Source: Protoeuglena noctilucae (taxonomy: Eukaryota). Taken from it: a stretch of DNA of 64,000 nt. The stretch is from NCBI GenBank assembly GCA_958009085.1, contig OY253680.1, positions 62,001 through 126,000 on the forward strand, in the 5' to 3' direction. The notes under the pieces are model-generated. The model did no database searches, was not told the DNA's origin, and saw only the letters and a list, made by a program, of their open reading frames with translations. Every line of letters starts with the position of its first letter. The stretch's first letter is position 1. This document shows positions 35,041-48,900 of the stretch, piece after piece. The translations under genes and the position numbers were made by a program.

Positions 35041-36286
35041 TGCACGTGGAAGCAGTGCCTGCAGGGAAGTTTCTTGGCCCCCGCGCCCGGCTGCATCTCC
35101 TCGCGGCAGATGATGCACACGTGGTCGCATCGCAGAAGGTCGTCGCCCGTCGCTTCCTCGAAAGCAGAGTCCATGCTCGCCATGAGCCGGCGGAAGCGCA
35201 TGTACTGCACGAGGCGCTTGCGGAAGGTGGCGAAGGCGTGGTAGAGGTCGTGCATGAGGTGGATGGGCCAGACGTGGTGCGCCATGACGAGGAGGAAGAA
35301 GCTCGCGTAGAGGAGCAGCACGAGGCCCTCCGTCACCAGCTCCAAGTGCATCACCCAGACGCTCTTGCCCTCCCAGCGCCCCTGCATCGCGGCGTTGGCC
35401 GCGCTGAAGAGGAACTTGAGGGTGGTGGCGAGGACTTGGACGCCCAGGATGGCAAACTCGAACGCGAACAGCAGGAGCACGCTGCGGGGCCGCGCGAGGG
35501 CGCGGGCTAGGGAGAAGTGCAGGAGGTGGTAGTCCGCGGCGCCCAGGAAGGCGAGGAAGGTGGCGATGCGGAAGTACTGCGCCCGCGTGACCACAGGCTG
35601 CGTGTCGAGGAAGTGCACCCGCGATTGCACGATCCAGTGCATGATCTTGAAGAACAAGAGCCCGCCGAAGAGCGCGATCGACAGAGGACTGCGGGGGCGG
35701 GCGCGAGGGAGTCGGCGGGCGCGAGGGAGCGGGCAAGCGCGCGATGCGAGCGTAAATGCGCACCCGAAGTCCTCCGCGAAGGTCGTCATGGCCAGGCACG
35801 TCTCGATCATGGCCCTCGGGACATTCTCCGCGATGTTGGCCGCCTCCGAGTCGTTCAGTCGGCCGAAGAAGACCTTGATGAGGAGCGAGAAGAGCATGAC
35901 CATGTACGAGACAACGAGGTTGCCGAGAATCACGATGGACACCTTGGACGTGGCGAGGTAGACCATCGCAGGGTAGAAGTGCTCCCTTCTGCGACGTAGC
36001 GGGACGAGGCGCGCCTCGGGGCCTGGCCAGTGCCAACGCACGCGGGACTAGCTCCGCGCCGTTCCCCGACAGCGAGAGGCACACAGCGCGAGGCATGGAT
36101 GACGGAACGTCAAAATTGTGCGAGTCGTGACAGGGGCGCGAGGTGAAAGCGGCGGTGGAGGGCTCCACGCAAGCGCGAGCTCGTGACTCACGTGGAGAAG
36201 GCGTAGTAGACGGTGACGGCCGCCACGGACGTCGAGAGGCACACGTACGGCATGAAGTGCCGTAAGTCACCCCGAAGCAGCGACAT
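35041..36286 (-). CDS. HRD1: ERAD E3 ligase HRD1/synoviolin (3' end in gap)
   Basis: Motifs REHFYPAMVYL, FFGRL..E, ETCLAMTTF, LLFFKIMHW, LLFAFEFAIL, WEGKS and a RING-H2 CIICREEM..AKKLPCRHCFH. Confidence 0.93.
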
Positions 36287-36601
36287 CGTGCCCCAGCGCG
36301 TCCTCTCCAGCGAGCGAAGGGCTCTGAAGGACGATGCCTGCTCCCAGGCTAGGTCTGACGCTGCCGAGCCTCCATGCCGCCGTCTGCTCAGCAACTGAAT
36401 GGGCAGGCGTCCTCTGGGCAGCTTTCGGGGCACAACTGTTCAGGCGGGGAGAGGCCCTTCTGGCGCAGCGCAAGCAGAGGACGCTCAGCGCGGGATCTGC
36501 GTGTGTCCATATTGTGAAAAAGTGGATGCGGGCAGCTGGAGTCCGTTGCCCGCGCCGCTGTATCGCTGCGCTGTCCATCGTGAGCTAGAAGCGCGGGGAC
36601 C

Positions 36602-39512
36602 ATGTCTTCCGCGGCAGATGCTAATGAGCAGGTGGAGGCTCTGAAGGCCGAGGTGGAGCGGCTGCAGGTGCGCGTCTCTGGGCCGGCCTGGCGATGTGCT
36701 GCAACCCGCCCAACACTTCGCGACGGGCCACCGCCTGCGCCGCGTCGTTTTGCGAGACGCGAGCTGCGCATGCGGCCGGCAGCGATGTACGAGGGATCGG
36801 TGCTTCCAACGGATCTGCGGATGGAGATCCGCTTGCGGCGGGGCCTGGGCAGAGGATCGAGCGGGCCCTAGCAATCCCCTGCCAACCGGTGCGGGCTGGG
36901 CAGGACGAATACCAGACATTCAGTTGTCAACCAATCGTTTCCCCGCTCCGCGTGCCCGCCAGCCCGTTCTGGGCCTCCCACTTGCCGTCCCACCATGGCG
37001 CGCAAGCCGCCAGACGGGCCTACGCCCCCGCGCCTCGCTGAGGGTTTTGGCGACTCGCAGTGGCTCCGATATCTCCTTGACATCAATCTGCTCACCCGGT
37101 CTTTGCCGAAACGCCACCCGCGGCCTCCACAAGCCGCACTGACCACCGCTGCGCTGTGCTACGCCCCGCAGGTGGAGCTGCGGGCGCGGGAGGTGGCGGC
37201 GGACCCCGTGTTCCCCTACTCGCGGACGTACGGCCGCACGGACGTGTCGACGATCCTGCAGGCGCCGGACGAGGGCCTGTCGCTGGTCGGGCGGGTGCTC
37301 CGCGTAGGCGGCTGGGTCCGCACGGGGCGTGAGGCGGGCGCCGGGGCCTTCGCGTTCGTCGAGGTGAACGACGGATCGTGCTTCGAGTCGATCCAGGCCA
37401 TGGTGCCCAAGGAGGTGGCGGAGGCCTTCTCGGCCGAGGGCCTCAAGACGCTGACCAACACGGGCGCGTGCGTGCTGCTGGAGGGAGAGCTCGCACGCAC
37501 GCCCGAGGGCACCAAGCAGCTCGTGGAGCTCAAGGTGTCCCTGGTGTGCCACGTGGGGCCCTGTGACGGTGCCACGTACCCCATCGCCAAAAAGAAGCAG
37601 AGCTTCGAGTATCTGCGTGAGAAGATCCACTTGCGGCCCAGGTGAAGGGGGAGGGGTGTGAGTAGTACTAGTGCGATGTGAGGTGCATGGATAGCCATGC
37701 TAAGGGTGTCAGCTGCCATGTCAGAGCTGCAATGTGAAAAGAGAGAGACCAGACCCTTTCAACCCCCTTTGGCTCGCCCTCCCTGCAGGACCAACACGAT
37801 TGGCGCGGTGGCGCGCATCCGCAACGCCCTGGCCTACGCCACGCACATGTTCTTCCAGCGCCACGGTTTCAAGTACGTGCACACGCCCATCGTCACGTGC
37901 TCCGACTGCGAGGGCGCGGGGGAGCTCTTCCAGGTAAAAAGGGCGGCTTACGTGTGATGCTTGTGTGTGCGTTTGCGTGTCACGGCAGCTGACAGTGGCA
38001 GCTGATGGGTCTTGGCGCAGTTCACAGTGCGCTCAAGTCGCTCCATCCCTCCACACTGACCCTACGTAGTGCACAATGCTGTCTCCACCCCCCCTGCAGG
38101 TGACGACGCTGCTTCAGAACGCAGAGCGTCTGTCCAAGGAGCCGAGGCCCACGGAGGCGGAGATCGCGGCGGCGGAGGCGGGCGTGCGGGCGCAGGAGGA
38201 GCGGTGCGCAGAGGCGAGTTGGCAAGGGGTGGGGTGGATGGGATGCCAGTGGCAGGGTGGATGGGATGCGGGTGGAAGGGTGGAAGGGGGGACCTCTCTT
38301 GAGCCCCGTTACACCGACACGCTTAGCTGCCATCAACATCACCCCACGTCCTATCACACCGACATCCCCCGTACCGCCACGCTCCGCCGCCCTTGTCGTC
38401 ACCCATGTCCCCCCGCTAAACGCCCGCAGCTCCGCGACAAGGCTGCGGCGGGGGACAAAGACGCGAAGAAGAAGACCAAGGGTGCGGACGCAGAGCTGGT
38501 GACTCTGAAGAACGGACTGGAGTCTTTGCGCAAGGCGTCGCGTGTCGTGGGGGGCCTTCCCCACACTGAGGCCGGGGGCATCGACTACGCAGACGACTTC
38601 TTCGGGAAGCAGGCGTTCCTCACGGTGTCGGGCCAGCTGGAGGTGAGAGACGCGCGGCGATCGGCGATGGTCTGGGGAATGTGTGGTGACGTCCTGGGTT
38701 GGCGCCGGATGCCTGCTGCCAGTCCTTTTGTTCGTACGTCCCATGCGGTGCCTGGGATCGTTTCTGGCCATCTGACATCCCCTGACGTCATGTCGTGTTT
38801 CCTTGTATCCCCTCGCATCCACCTCGCATCCACTACCGCAGGGCGAGACGTACGCGTGCGCGCTGTCCAAGATCTACACCTTCGGCCCCACCTTCCGCGC
38901 CGAGTACTCCTTCACGTCCCGGCACCTCGCGGAGTTCTGGATGATCGAGCCCGAGATGGCCTTCTGCGACCTCGAGGACGACATGCGGTGCGCCGAGGAC
39001 TACGTCCGATCGTGCTGCCTGTACGTGCTGCGGACGTGCCGGTCGGACCTGGAGTTCGTGCAGAAGATGGTGGACCCCACGTGCATCGAGAGGCTCGAGC
39101 ACGTGGCCTCTTCCTCGTTCCAGCGGTGCTCGTACACGGAGGCGATTGAGATCCTCGAGAAGGCGGTGCGCGAGGGCAAGAAGTTCGAGTACGAGGTCAA
39201 GTGGGGCATCGACCTGCAGTCGGAACACGAACGGTACATCACGGAGGTGAGGGGGCGTGGGGTGGGGTGTGGTGGTGAGACGAGGATGGGTGCCGGGCAG
39301 TGTGGAGCGTTACATGGGTGGAACAGGGGTGCGTGCCGTGCTGTTTGCAAGAAGGGCACGAGAGATTGCCACATGTCGTTTGACCCTTAGGCCCGTTATG
39401 CGACGAGCGGGGACCTTACGCTTGAGGGCCACTCGATGCCGTGCCACTCCGGCCAGCTCCGTCGGCGCCGCTCTCGTCCGCAGGAGGTGTTCAAGCGCCC
39501 CACGATCGTGTA

Positions 39513-39551
<39 letters not shown>

Positions 39552-39840
39552 GAACGACGACGGCAAGACGGTGGCGGCCATGGACGTGCTCGTGCCCAAG
39601 GTCGGCGAGCTCATTGGGGGCTCTCAGCGAGAGGACCGACTGGACGTGCTCGAGCAGCGCATCACGGAGGCCGGTATGGACCTGGCGCCCTACCAGAACT
39701 ACCTGGACCTGAGGCGCTTCGGCACCGTGCCGCACGCCGGGTTCGGCCTCGGCTTCGAGCGCCTCATCATGTTTGCCACGGGATTCGAGAACATCCGGGA
39801 GGTCATCCCCTACCCCCGCTGGCCCCAGCACGCCACCTAG
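36602..39840 (+). CDS. NARS1: Asparaginyl-tRNA synthetase (with a helical insertion)
   Basis: Motifs [92 protein letters not shown] and IPYPRW. Confidence 0.96.
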
Positions 39841-40107
39841 CCGGGCCCAGTGACCCGTGACATGGCGTGGCGTGGCGACATCGCATGGCGTGTTGGGTGG
39901 AGTGGTCGCGTGGTGACGGAGGGGTAGCAGCCCAGCGATTCGCTCAGAGGGCCGCGTGGGCGACGTGGGTTTGTCAAGCCGCGCCGAAGGTTGAAACGAG
40001 TGAAGTGCGGCAAGTCCAATTGCTTCATGTCACGCGGCCCTCTCATGCAGATGCGACAGCTCCCATCACGCAAGGCGCCATCGGTCACGCCACACATGCA
40101 AACAGTC

Positions 40108-41365
40108 TCATGCAGCAACAGTGACCCCCATGACACTGTCAATGAACTCGTTCAGTTGTCGCTTGAACTCCCCTGTGCCTGTCGGTACCATGTGACCCCC
40201 GGGATGCCTCAGCACCTGCGTTGTCAATCGCAAAGACGGGCAAGCGTGAGCGCTAGCGTCGGGTGGCTCAAGCACATGCATGCAGGTGGCTGCCCCACTC
40301 AGTCCTTGCCTGGACAAACTCGGGATCGAAGGCCGCCGCTAGGCTCTCGGATTTTGCAACGGGAACCAACGCATCGTCCTCGCCCGTCACAATCAGCACC
40401 TTCGTCCCCGTTGGCCGCCTCTCCTGCACCACCTGCACGGCCGAGACGGGTATGATAGCAATCAATGGATGCTCAAAAGCTGGCTCACCCACAGAGGCAC
40501 CACCGCCTGACTCGCAAGTGGCGCATGACGAGGCAAGGACGCAAGGGGAGGACACGTGTGTCACTCTGGCATCAACCGAGAGTCCCAGCTCGCAAGCCGA
40601 CTCCGCGCATGTCTGCACAGCGGCTGACGCGGTGCTGCGCTCACCTGCGCCCACCGTGGGTCGTTTGCTAGAAACGGCCCCACCAGCACAGCGAACCGTT
40701 GGACGTGGACCTCGCCCAGTCCGAGCCCAGTCACCATCGCCTCCGTCTCTGCGGACCCCGATGTCGATGGCCGGGTGGCGGCGAGCAGGATGGCCGCTGC
40801 CGAGGCTCCTTGGGAAAAGGCGAAGATCCCGTCGGGGCGGCGGGCGTTCAGCTCGCGGGCTACCAGGAGCATCGAGTCGCCCATCCTGCAGGAGCGACCG
40901 TGGTATATATGCATGCAAAAAGTGTCTTGGTACACAGACTGTCACTGATGCAAAGGATGGAAGCCATAGGATGCACACTCAGGCACAAACACTTGAGTCT
41001 CGCATGATATCAGTGCATCTGAGGTCACCGTCACACGGCTGCACGCTGCCGTCACCCGTCATACACCCGCGCTTTGCTAGGGCGCTCGACCCCGGCCTCC
41101 CACGTCCACCAGGACCTGCCCCCTGTAGCCGTACCCCCTGCTTCCCGAGCCAGGTCCGGCGAGTCCTCCTCCGTCGCGTCGCCTCCGGTCTTGGCTGCTC
41201 CGCCCAGCGCCTCGACCGTTGCCTCGAACGGCGCGTCGAGGAAGCACCATCGCCCACGCGAGACTTCAGCGCTTTGCGCACCGAACCAATGCGGCTGCGG
41301 AAGAGCTCGGCGTTTTGCAGGTATCCGTGCAATCCGAGAATCAGCGCTTTGTCCTTGGAGGACAT
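40108..41365 (-). CDS. FSH1/OVCA2-family serine hydrolase (apparent 1-nt frameshift near 41250)
   Basis: Motifs ILGLHGYLQNAELFR, FLDAPF, RSWW, GIFAFSQGA (nucleophile), VTGEDDALV and HPGGHMVP. Confidence 0.85.
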
Positions 41366-41874
41366 TCCATCCACGCGCGTCGCCGCGGCGGGCGCAGGCC
41401 GGAGTCGTCGCGGGGCTGGGTGGATCGGGGGGACGGAAGTGCCAGCCGAGGCCCCTGTGGTCGTCACAGTCGGCACGGGCATGTTCACGGTACGCGGCGC
41501 GATGCTATGTCTGAGGAACGGTTCGCTCCTTCGCACAGAATTGACCGGTGTCGCTGTGCTCGTCAGAATGTGCGGCAAACCCGAGTTCTCCGGACGATGA
41601 GCACCGCAGCGAGGCTCGACTGTGCCATTTACGACGAGCCTACCCTATGCGTGGCCCATCTGCGCCCTCAAGCAAAGGGCCTGCGTGCTGCCTCCCAGTG
41701 AGCGGACCTCTTCCAGCGACCAGTGCATTCCCTCAAGAGCTCTTCCCTTGACTCGTGGTTCCTCGGACGCAGCCGGGTAGCGACGTTTGGCGCGCCCCTT
41801 TGCACGCGCATCGAGGGCAGGCACATCCGGGCTTGTCATAGCCTCAGGAGGCCCTTCAAGGCTGCTTGGTGGAG

Positions 41875-42698
41875 ATGGGGGACTCTTCCTCGTGAGTGGC
41901 TGGCGAGCGGGGCTTGGGAATGCTTCCGCGGGATGCAGCGCGGTTGCATGCACACACATGTATGGCGTCGAGCGAGGGGCCGGCGGTGGCCGGAGGCGCC
42001 CGCTGCACGAGGCTCTCACCTACCGTTTCGCGACTTCGGGTCATGCTCTGCCCCCGACCTCGCGCCCCCGCGCTTCGGCCGCAGGGACCGGCCGAACGCG
42101 GTCGCGGAGAATGCCATCTGGCGCGAGTTCATCCGAAAGGAGGGCCTGCACCAGTCCCTGAACAAAGAGTTCTCCATCCCACATCCGGAGAAGATGCAGG
42201 GGATCGCGGAAAAGCCCACGCGGTGAGCTCGCGGCCCCAACAGCAGCTATCTCGCATGCTCTCGCCAGCTCCGCCGCTCTCAAAGGTTGCACATGCTCCG
42301 AGACTGCAGGGTCGACCCGCGCCTGGCTGTGGACCTCGCTGCGACTCAGGCAGCAGCATCGCAGCTCAACAGCCTCAGCCAGCTGAAGGACAGGACGCTC
42401 GCGCCGACCCAGAAGCACAAGGCGCCGATGACGACAAACCAGGAGTACGGCTGGGTGTCGAAGGCGAGCGCGGACGGCGTGTCCTTTGCCTGGTGGGATC
42501 CTCCGCAGTCGAAGCTCATCAGCCGAGCCTGTCCTGTGCCATTATCTGGGCTCCCCTCTCCATCTCCAGGTTCTGCTGGAGCCCAACCAGATGTTCAACC
42601 ACACCAAGTACCAGTGCGACGTCACCAACTACGCCGACGCGTACTACGAGATGACGGGCCGAAGCCCCTACGCCAGCCAGGTCAAGACGGGCAACTAG
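41875..42698 (+). CDS. CFAP144: FAM183/CFAP144-family ciliary protein
   Basis: Spliced product MGDSS|SDRPNAVAENAIWREFIRKE..KP|..PTQKHKAPMTTNQEYGW..|..CDVTNYADAY; four exons. Confidence 0.72.
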
Positions 42699-42944
42699 CC
42701 GCTCTCCTGCTATGCCTGATGCTACGTGATCCTGTCCCTGTCGCAATCTCCCCACCGCGGCTTTTTCTCTGTGAAAATCGCCTTCACCAGCGCCAGGAAC
42801 GTCGGGCAACGCATGCAAAGCCCTCTTAACGCCAGCAATCGCAAAGTTGTGCTCGCAAGTACCGCTTGTGGAGCAGCGGGAGGGGCCGCGCGGTCCCGGT
42901 TCGGGCGAGACGCGCCCATCGGCACTCCGGGGCCGATTTCAAAA

Positions 42945-45900
42945 ATGTCGGCGCGCAAGCTCGTCAGCGAGGCCATTCAGACCGTGACAGAGTGCTCTGG
43001 CACGGCGCTGCTTGCGGACGGCGGCCTGGACGCGCTGGCGCTGCACAGGCTCGGCGACGCAGCTGCGACCCTCACGCGAGCAGCAGGCGCGGAAGCCCTG
43101 GACGGGACGCGCCGCCAGTTGCATGTGTCACTTACTAGTGTTCCACGCGTGCCGTAAGCGCACTGGACAGCGGCTCTGTCTGCTCCGCAGAGCTCAGCGC
43201 GAGGGACCAGAGCCTGCTCCTGGACCGGGCGATCGAGCTGCACGACGTCGCGAGCGTCCCCGGCGCGACGGAAGGCGATGCGTTGCGCAGCGCGGCCGAG
43301 GCGGGCCTGGTGGCCTCGCGCCTGGCAGCCTGCGTCGTGCCCGCACGACAGGAGGACCCGCTGCAGTGCGCGAGAGCCAAGGTCGAGATTTCCATGAACG
43401 CCGCAGCACTGTGCAGACGTTGCGATCAGGACGGCAAGGCGAGGTCGCGGCTAGGCCCGCGATGCCCGTGCGGACGGAGTGGCTCACCACCCTCATCCTC
43501 GCATTGCACCTCGGCTGCAGGCGTTGGAGGCAATGCGCTTGGCGGGGAAGGCTGCTTTAGAGGCCGTCGTGGCGCTGGACAAGACCCCGTGGGACGTGGA
43601 TGGGTCCAAGGCAGTGGCAACCCAGGCGAGCGGGCATGAGCACCGTCTCTCAACGCACAATGCAGGGCCTCCCAGGGCGCCACTGGGTCATGCGGAAGCA
43701 TCCAGTGATGCATATACGACAAGTGTCTTCTTGACAACACACAGGTGTGCGATGCGATGACGACGTGGGTCGAGCAAGCGTGTCGGTCGGGGCCGGGTGG
43801 CCTCTGTGAGCCGATGGAGGCCACGGTGGCCATATTGAGGGCGGCAGCGGATCCGTGGCTGGGCATTACAATCGGCACTCAGGTGAGGAAACGTCTCATG
43901 TGTTTCTGGGTAGGGTTAGGTGGCTGCAGACCCTCTGCTTGGGCATCAATGCAAGGGGCACTGACAACCTAGGGCGTTTGAGTGGGTCTCGTGTGTCGCG
44001 TGCTCAGGTGTCCCGGGCCGGTCTGACGTCGCTGGGCGCGGCCGAGGTAACCGAAGGCGCTGCAGCGCTGTCGGCAGCGCTGGGGAAGGTGGCAGAGGTG
44101 GCAGACCTGGCGTGCTCCCTCAAGTGTGCGGGGAAGGCCAGCGCTGGCAAGGACCTGTATCACGAGGTGAACATGGTTGCAGCGTGCATTATGCAGTGTG
44201 GCACAAACCGCAGATGTGCTGGGCGATGCACCATGCTGCATCACAGCTGGGGCTCTGGCGGTGACCCTGCCGCTTCAGCCCAGCCAAGGGTGCATGTTCA
44301 TCACACGATGAGCCTCTTTTGCAGGTTTTGATCAAGAGCACGGTCCTGTACCTCGAGAAGGGCTTTGTGGACGAGGCAGGGTCGTGCCTGAGGCAGCTCG
44401 AGTCGGCGCCTGAGGACGTCAGGGGCGGCCACGACGTCCTCATCCTCAAATACCAGGTGTGGTATTGTGGATAGATGGCCTGGTGCTATCCTTGATACTC
44501 TGATCTCTGTCTCTGTCCCACATCGCATCGCGTGCACATCACCGGCATGCTGGTCAGCAGTGCACATGCGTCGGTCACTTCGTGTGCCCAGCAAGACCAG
44601 GTCCATTGCTCGCTTGCGGCCGCAGCTTGCGGTGGCGAGGAGGGCGATCGCAGAGGCGGTGGGGCTGCTGGATGACTTGACGGGCGCACCGGGGTTCGAG
44701 GACAGGCACCTCATGATGGCTGTGGAGGAGCTCCTGGGGAACCTCGACGATGTGCCGGACGGGCTGTTGTCGGATATCATCGCGAAGGCCATGCGCAGGG
44801 CGCAGGTCAGCGGCTGGGGTGTTGCAGACGACCGGGGCCTGCTTGCCACTGAGGTGGGCTTGTGGCTCATGTGTGAGGAGGCTGACATTGGTGAAAACTG
44901 ACCCACCCTCGCCCCTTGTGCAGAACCGTGCCGCGTGCGCCGTGCAGCTGTCCGAGCTTTTGCTGTCCGGGTCTCTGACGCAAAGGGCCGAAGACGCGGC
45001 CCTGGGCCTCCTGAGGTGCGGCACAGAGCACATAGCACAAAGCTTGTTGCCCAGCACGCGGCATGCAGCGGGCATTTTTATGTAGCTTGCACCTGCCCTG
45101 CCTGCTGCTGGCGTGCCCCGCAGTGACCCCCAGGTCCTGGCATCTCTAGCGCGGGACGGTCCCAACGTCGCATTACGCGAGCGAACCTTCGAGGTCCTCT
45201 GGGCCCGTGGCGCCAAGCTTTTCCGCGACGGTGCCTAATTACGAGCACGCCGTATCTTCAGTGGTGCCAAGGCCTTCGCAGGTGAGGCAGCGCATGGTGT
45301 TGGGATCACAACATCGGGGCTATGCTTGTACCTGGAAATGGTCGTCAGTTGCTTAGACTATGTTGAATGCAATCCATGATAGCCTCATCTGAGTCAAATG
45401 CGGGTCTAGGAATGGACGTAGCCCTGGTTGCACCTTGGACTTGATGGTCTCTGAGCCACTCCGCAGATGGGCAGGGGGACGTCGGGCGGGCCTCCCGTCT
45501 CCTGGCGCTGTGCTGCCTGCGCGGTGGCCAGCCGGACCAGGCAATGGCGTACGTGCGTGACGGAGAGGGAGGTGCTGGGGCGTGCCTGGTCGTCCTCATG
45601 TGCAGGTTGGCTGTGAAGGACTGGGCCGCTGCGGGGAGGCGGTCGAGCGGATGGCCGCGAGCGACGACGTGACAGGTGGGTCGCAGGCAGGGTGGCATTA
45701 AGGTGTGACATGCTGCGACTGTACATGCATCCACTGCTGTCCCGGCACACTCGATCCTGACGCCATGTCCCGTCACACAGGCATTGGACAACAGCCCAAC
45801 TGACTAACCGACCCATCTGCTGTCACTGCCCCCACATGTTTCATTTGACTCGCAGATGACTTGCTGGCCTGCGCCCTGCAAGAGGCGGACAAGGCGGGCG

Positions 45901-48900
45901 ATGCGGGGCTGGTGTGCCTCGTGGCCACGGCACACATGCGGCATGCTTTGGGCCAAGCAGACCCCGACCCACGCCGGTTGTTCTGGTCCTGGCGGCTCTT
46001 CTGCAAGGCTGTGGAGGCGAAGCATGGCGCAGACCGGGGCGCTCGGGCACAGGACGTCAATGCAATGCTGCGGTGCGTGTGTGGGTGCGCGTGTGGGTGT
46101 GGGTGTGGGTGTGGGTGTGTCTCAGCAGGGCTCAGTGCGTAAATGGAGGGTCATATGCTGAGGTGTCCCTGAGCTCACGCAGGGTCTTTGCCGACAGAGC
46201 CGCGTCGCCACAGCAGTCGGCTGACAAGGCGGGGAGCCAGGGATGGGACGACCTGTGGAAGGCCATGGCGATCGCTGCGTGGGACCTGGGAGTGGAGGAA
46301 CTGAGGCGAGTTGTGGCATGGGATGAGATACCAAGCTTAGCGGTGACCATGCATGGGTAATGAGTCTCACCATGGGGCATGCCCAGTGACCCTGCCACTG
46401 CTGCCACTGCTACATGTTGCCCTATTCGCAGCGCGCATGAGGACGCAGCCAGTGTCCGGCGTGGCACCGTTTCCCTGGCACGCGCTGCGGGGTTCGCGAG
46501 GCGCGTGGTTCGCCCCGACCGCATTGCACGGCAAGTGCGCTTGGACGCCCTCGTGGGGGCGGCCACGGCTGCCCTGTGGCTGCACCTTGACAGGTGAGAC
46601 CTGAGGCATGCATAGGTGCAAATAGGGTAAGATGGGTGCTCCCTGTTGGGTCACATGGACCCCTGCTTCAGCCGACCAGCCATGACGTGACGACTGGATG
46701 AGGTGCATGGGCGCGACCCATGCATGTGTCTCTTGCCTGCAGCCCCGACGACAGCCACCTGGACGTGTCGGCACAGAGCCTGGAAGTGAGGACGCTCTCT
46801 TGTGCAGTGGCGATAGAGAGACGCATGGCTGCTGTAAACGCCCGCCCCGTCATGGCTGCTATGGATGGACACACAGGCACGGTTGCAATCAACCCACCCT
46901 TACCCTTCTTGCGTCCTTCCAGGAGGCCCGCGAGGTCTTGCAGACGCTGGGAGACGAGCCATGGGACATCGCCGACCTGCAGGCGGGCAAGCAGCGGGCT
47001 GCGGTGCTCGAGGTGAGCCCCGTTTGCGCATGGCACAAAGCACGTTTGCGGGTTCAACGCCCTATGCAAGTTCTTATGGCAAGTTCTCATGACATGTGCC
47101 ATCCCTGCAGGTGCTGCTGGCCTGCAGTCGGCGTCGGGTGGACCGGCCGCATTTGGATAAGGCGGTTGCTGAGGTCCTATCGCTGGGCGACGTGGACCCC
47201 AGGGCCCTGGTGTTTCTGGCACGCTACCTGGGGGGCAGGGGCGCGGGGGACGACGCCGACGGGGACGCCATGCGGCTGCTGAGGGAGGCGATCAGGTGCG
47301 ACGAGCGACAGCACGTGGCTTGTCTTGGTACATGTGGTACATGACGGCAGTATCGTGGGATTCAATCAATGTGCTTCTCGTTTCCCTGTTCAGACGCAAG
47401 GCATCCGGGGACGCCAAGGACTCTGCCCGCACCCGCGCCCTCTGCGTGATGGCGGCTTTGGCAGTGCGTTCTGGCAGGGACGCCCCGCCAGTGTTCGCGG
47501 AGGTCGCCAGGGCCGTGCAGGCCAGCCAGGTCAGACTCGAACCGATTGCGCTACCGATGACTGTGACGGTGGCATCCAGTAACAGGCTGTGAAATGTTGT
47601 GGCACCTCTGCACCCCGTGGTGCGTGCTGGGGCAGCGTGTGGCGTGCCATGTGCTTTGTGACACTTGCCAGGCTGAGTGAACGAACGACCACAGTAAATG
47701 CCTCTCTTACAGGCCAACTTCCCTACAAGGGAGGCGGACTTCATCGTGGCCAAATGCTACAACCTGGGATGCTACATGGCCCAGACGGGGTGAGGCATCA
47801 TGACGCCATCACAGTGCAGTGTGTGTTTCGTGATTTCAATCCAACGCGCATCCCATGCTGCATAAACTATCGCCGTAGCCATCCTCTCTGCTGACCAATG
47901 CTCAGCCGTCTGACCCCGACACGTTCCCCTGCTCGCCACCTCTGCAGCAACCTGCAAGTGGCCACCAGCCTGCTCCAGGAAGCGCAGGGCCTGTGCCATG
48001 CGGGCTCAGACCCAGCCAAGGCCCAAGGCAAGTGGCGGTGCTTGCCACGAGCTAGGACGCTTGTGGCTGTTTGGGCTAACCCACTTGATATAAGCACTGC
48101 AACGATCACCCGAGTGCCTTAACAACTCACCCGCAACTGTGTCATCATGGCTCATCTCGCTTGCAGGCATGATCCAGCACGCGTTGGCTTGCATCGCCAG
48201 GAGCGCCGGTGGGGGTGACCAGGGCCCTGGGAATGACGAGGACCCGCCCCAGCGACACGACATCGATGGGCCTGCCAAGCAAACCGACGTCATTCACACC
48301 TCTGCCAGTCACCATGACGTCAACACCCCTGCCAAGCCAGACGACGTCGACATGTCATCGTCTCCCGACCCACCCAAGGGGGACACCACAGCCTCCATCG
48401 CAGCCCCGCCTCCTGCCCTCCAGTCCTCAGCGCCCCTGCCTGCACCTGCAGCTGCTGTCCCTGTATCCGGCCCCGCCACCGCACCGCTACTCCCCACCGC
48501 GTCACCCGCCCCCGCCAGCCCCTCGCCAGGCCCCGCCCCTAAGCTTCCTGCCACTGCGAGCGCTCTGCGTGACAGTGGGGCATCCGCTGTAACGCCATCC
48601 GCCCTTGGTGACCAAGGACGTATGGCGGGGCCGGCGCATGACCAGGCGCCTTCGGTGGGTGCAGATGAGGAGGCAGTAGATGGGTTTGAGAGCTGCGGTG
48701 ACGCTCATGAGCAAGCAGAGGAGGGTGGCAGTCAGAGCAGCGAGATGGGCAGCGAGGGTGTGCATGAGGGTAGCGATGGTGTAAGGACGGGCAGCGGGGT
48801 CAGTGAGGGTGTGGACGAGGGTGTCAGGGCAGCAGTGGGTCAGAGGGCGAGCGCGGGGGTCAGCTCTTTGCGATCCAGCCCGAGTGCGCGTGCGTACCAG

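Noticed and set aside
36286..36602. Short divergent HRD1/AsnRS promoter
   Set aside because: Ordinary for a compact genome, and no specific element was identified.
38214..38429. Stop-free in-frame introns (AsnRS, TON2, transposase) as regulated intron retention
   Set aside because: Expected fairly often in short GC-rich introns, and there is no independent evidence.
45236..45238. Non-standard genetic code (TAA/TAG = Gln) explaining internal stops
   Set aside because: TAG ends AsnRS, CFAP144 and WDR70 at plausible termini, Gln is encoded by CAG/CAA throughout, and the two internal stops align with Tyr and Trp rather than Gln.
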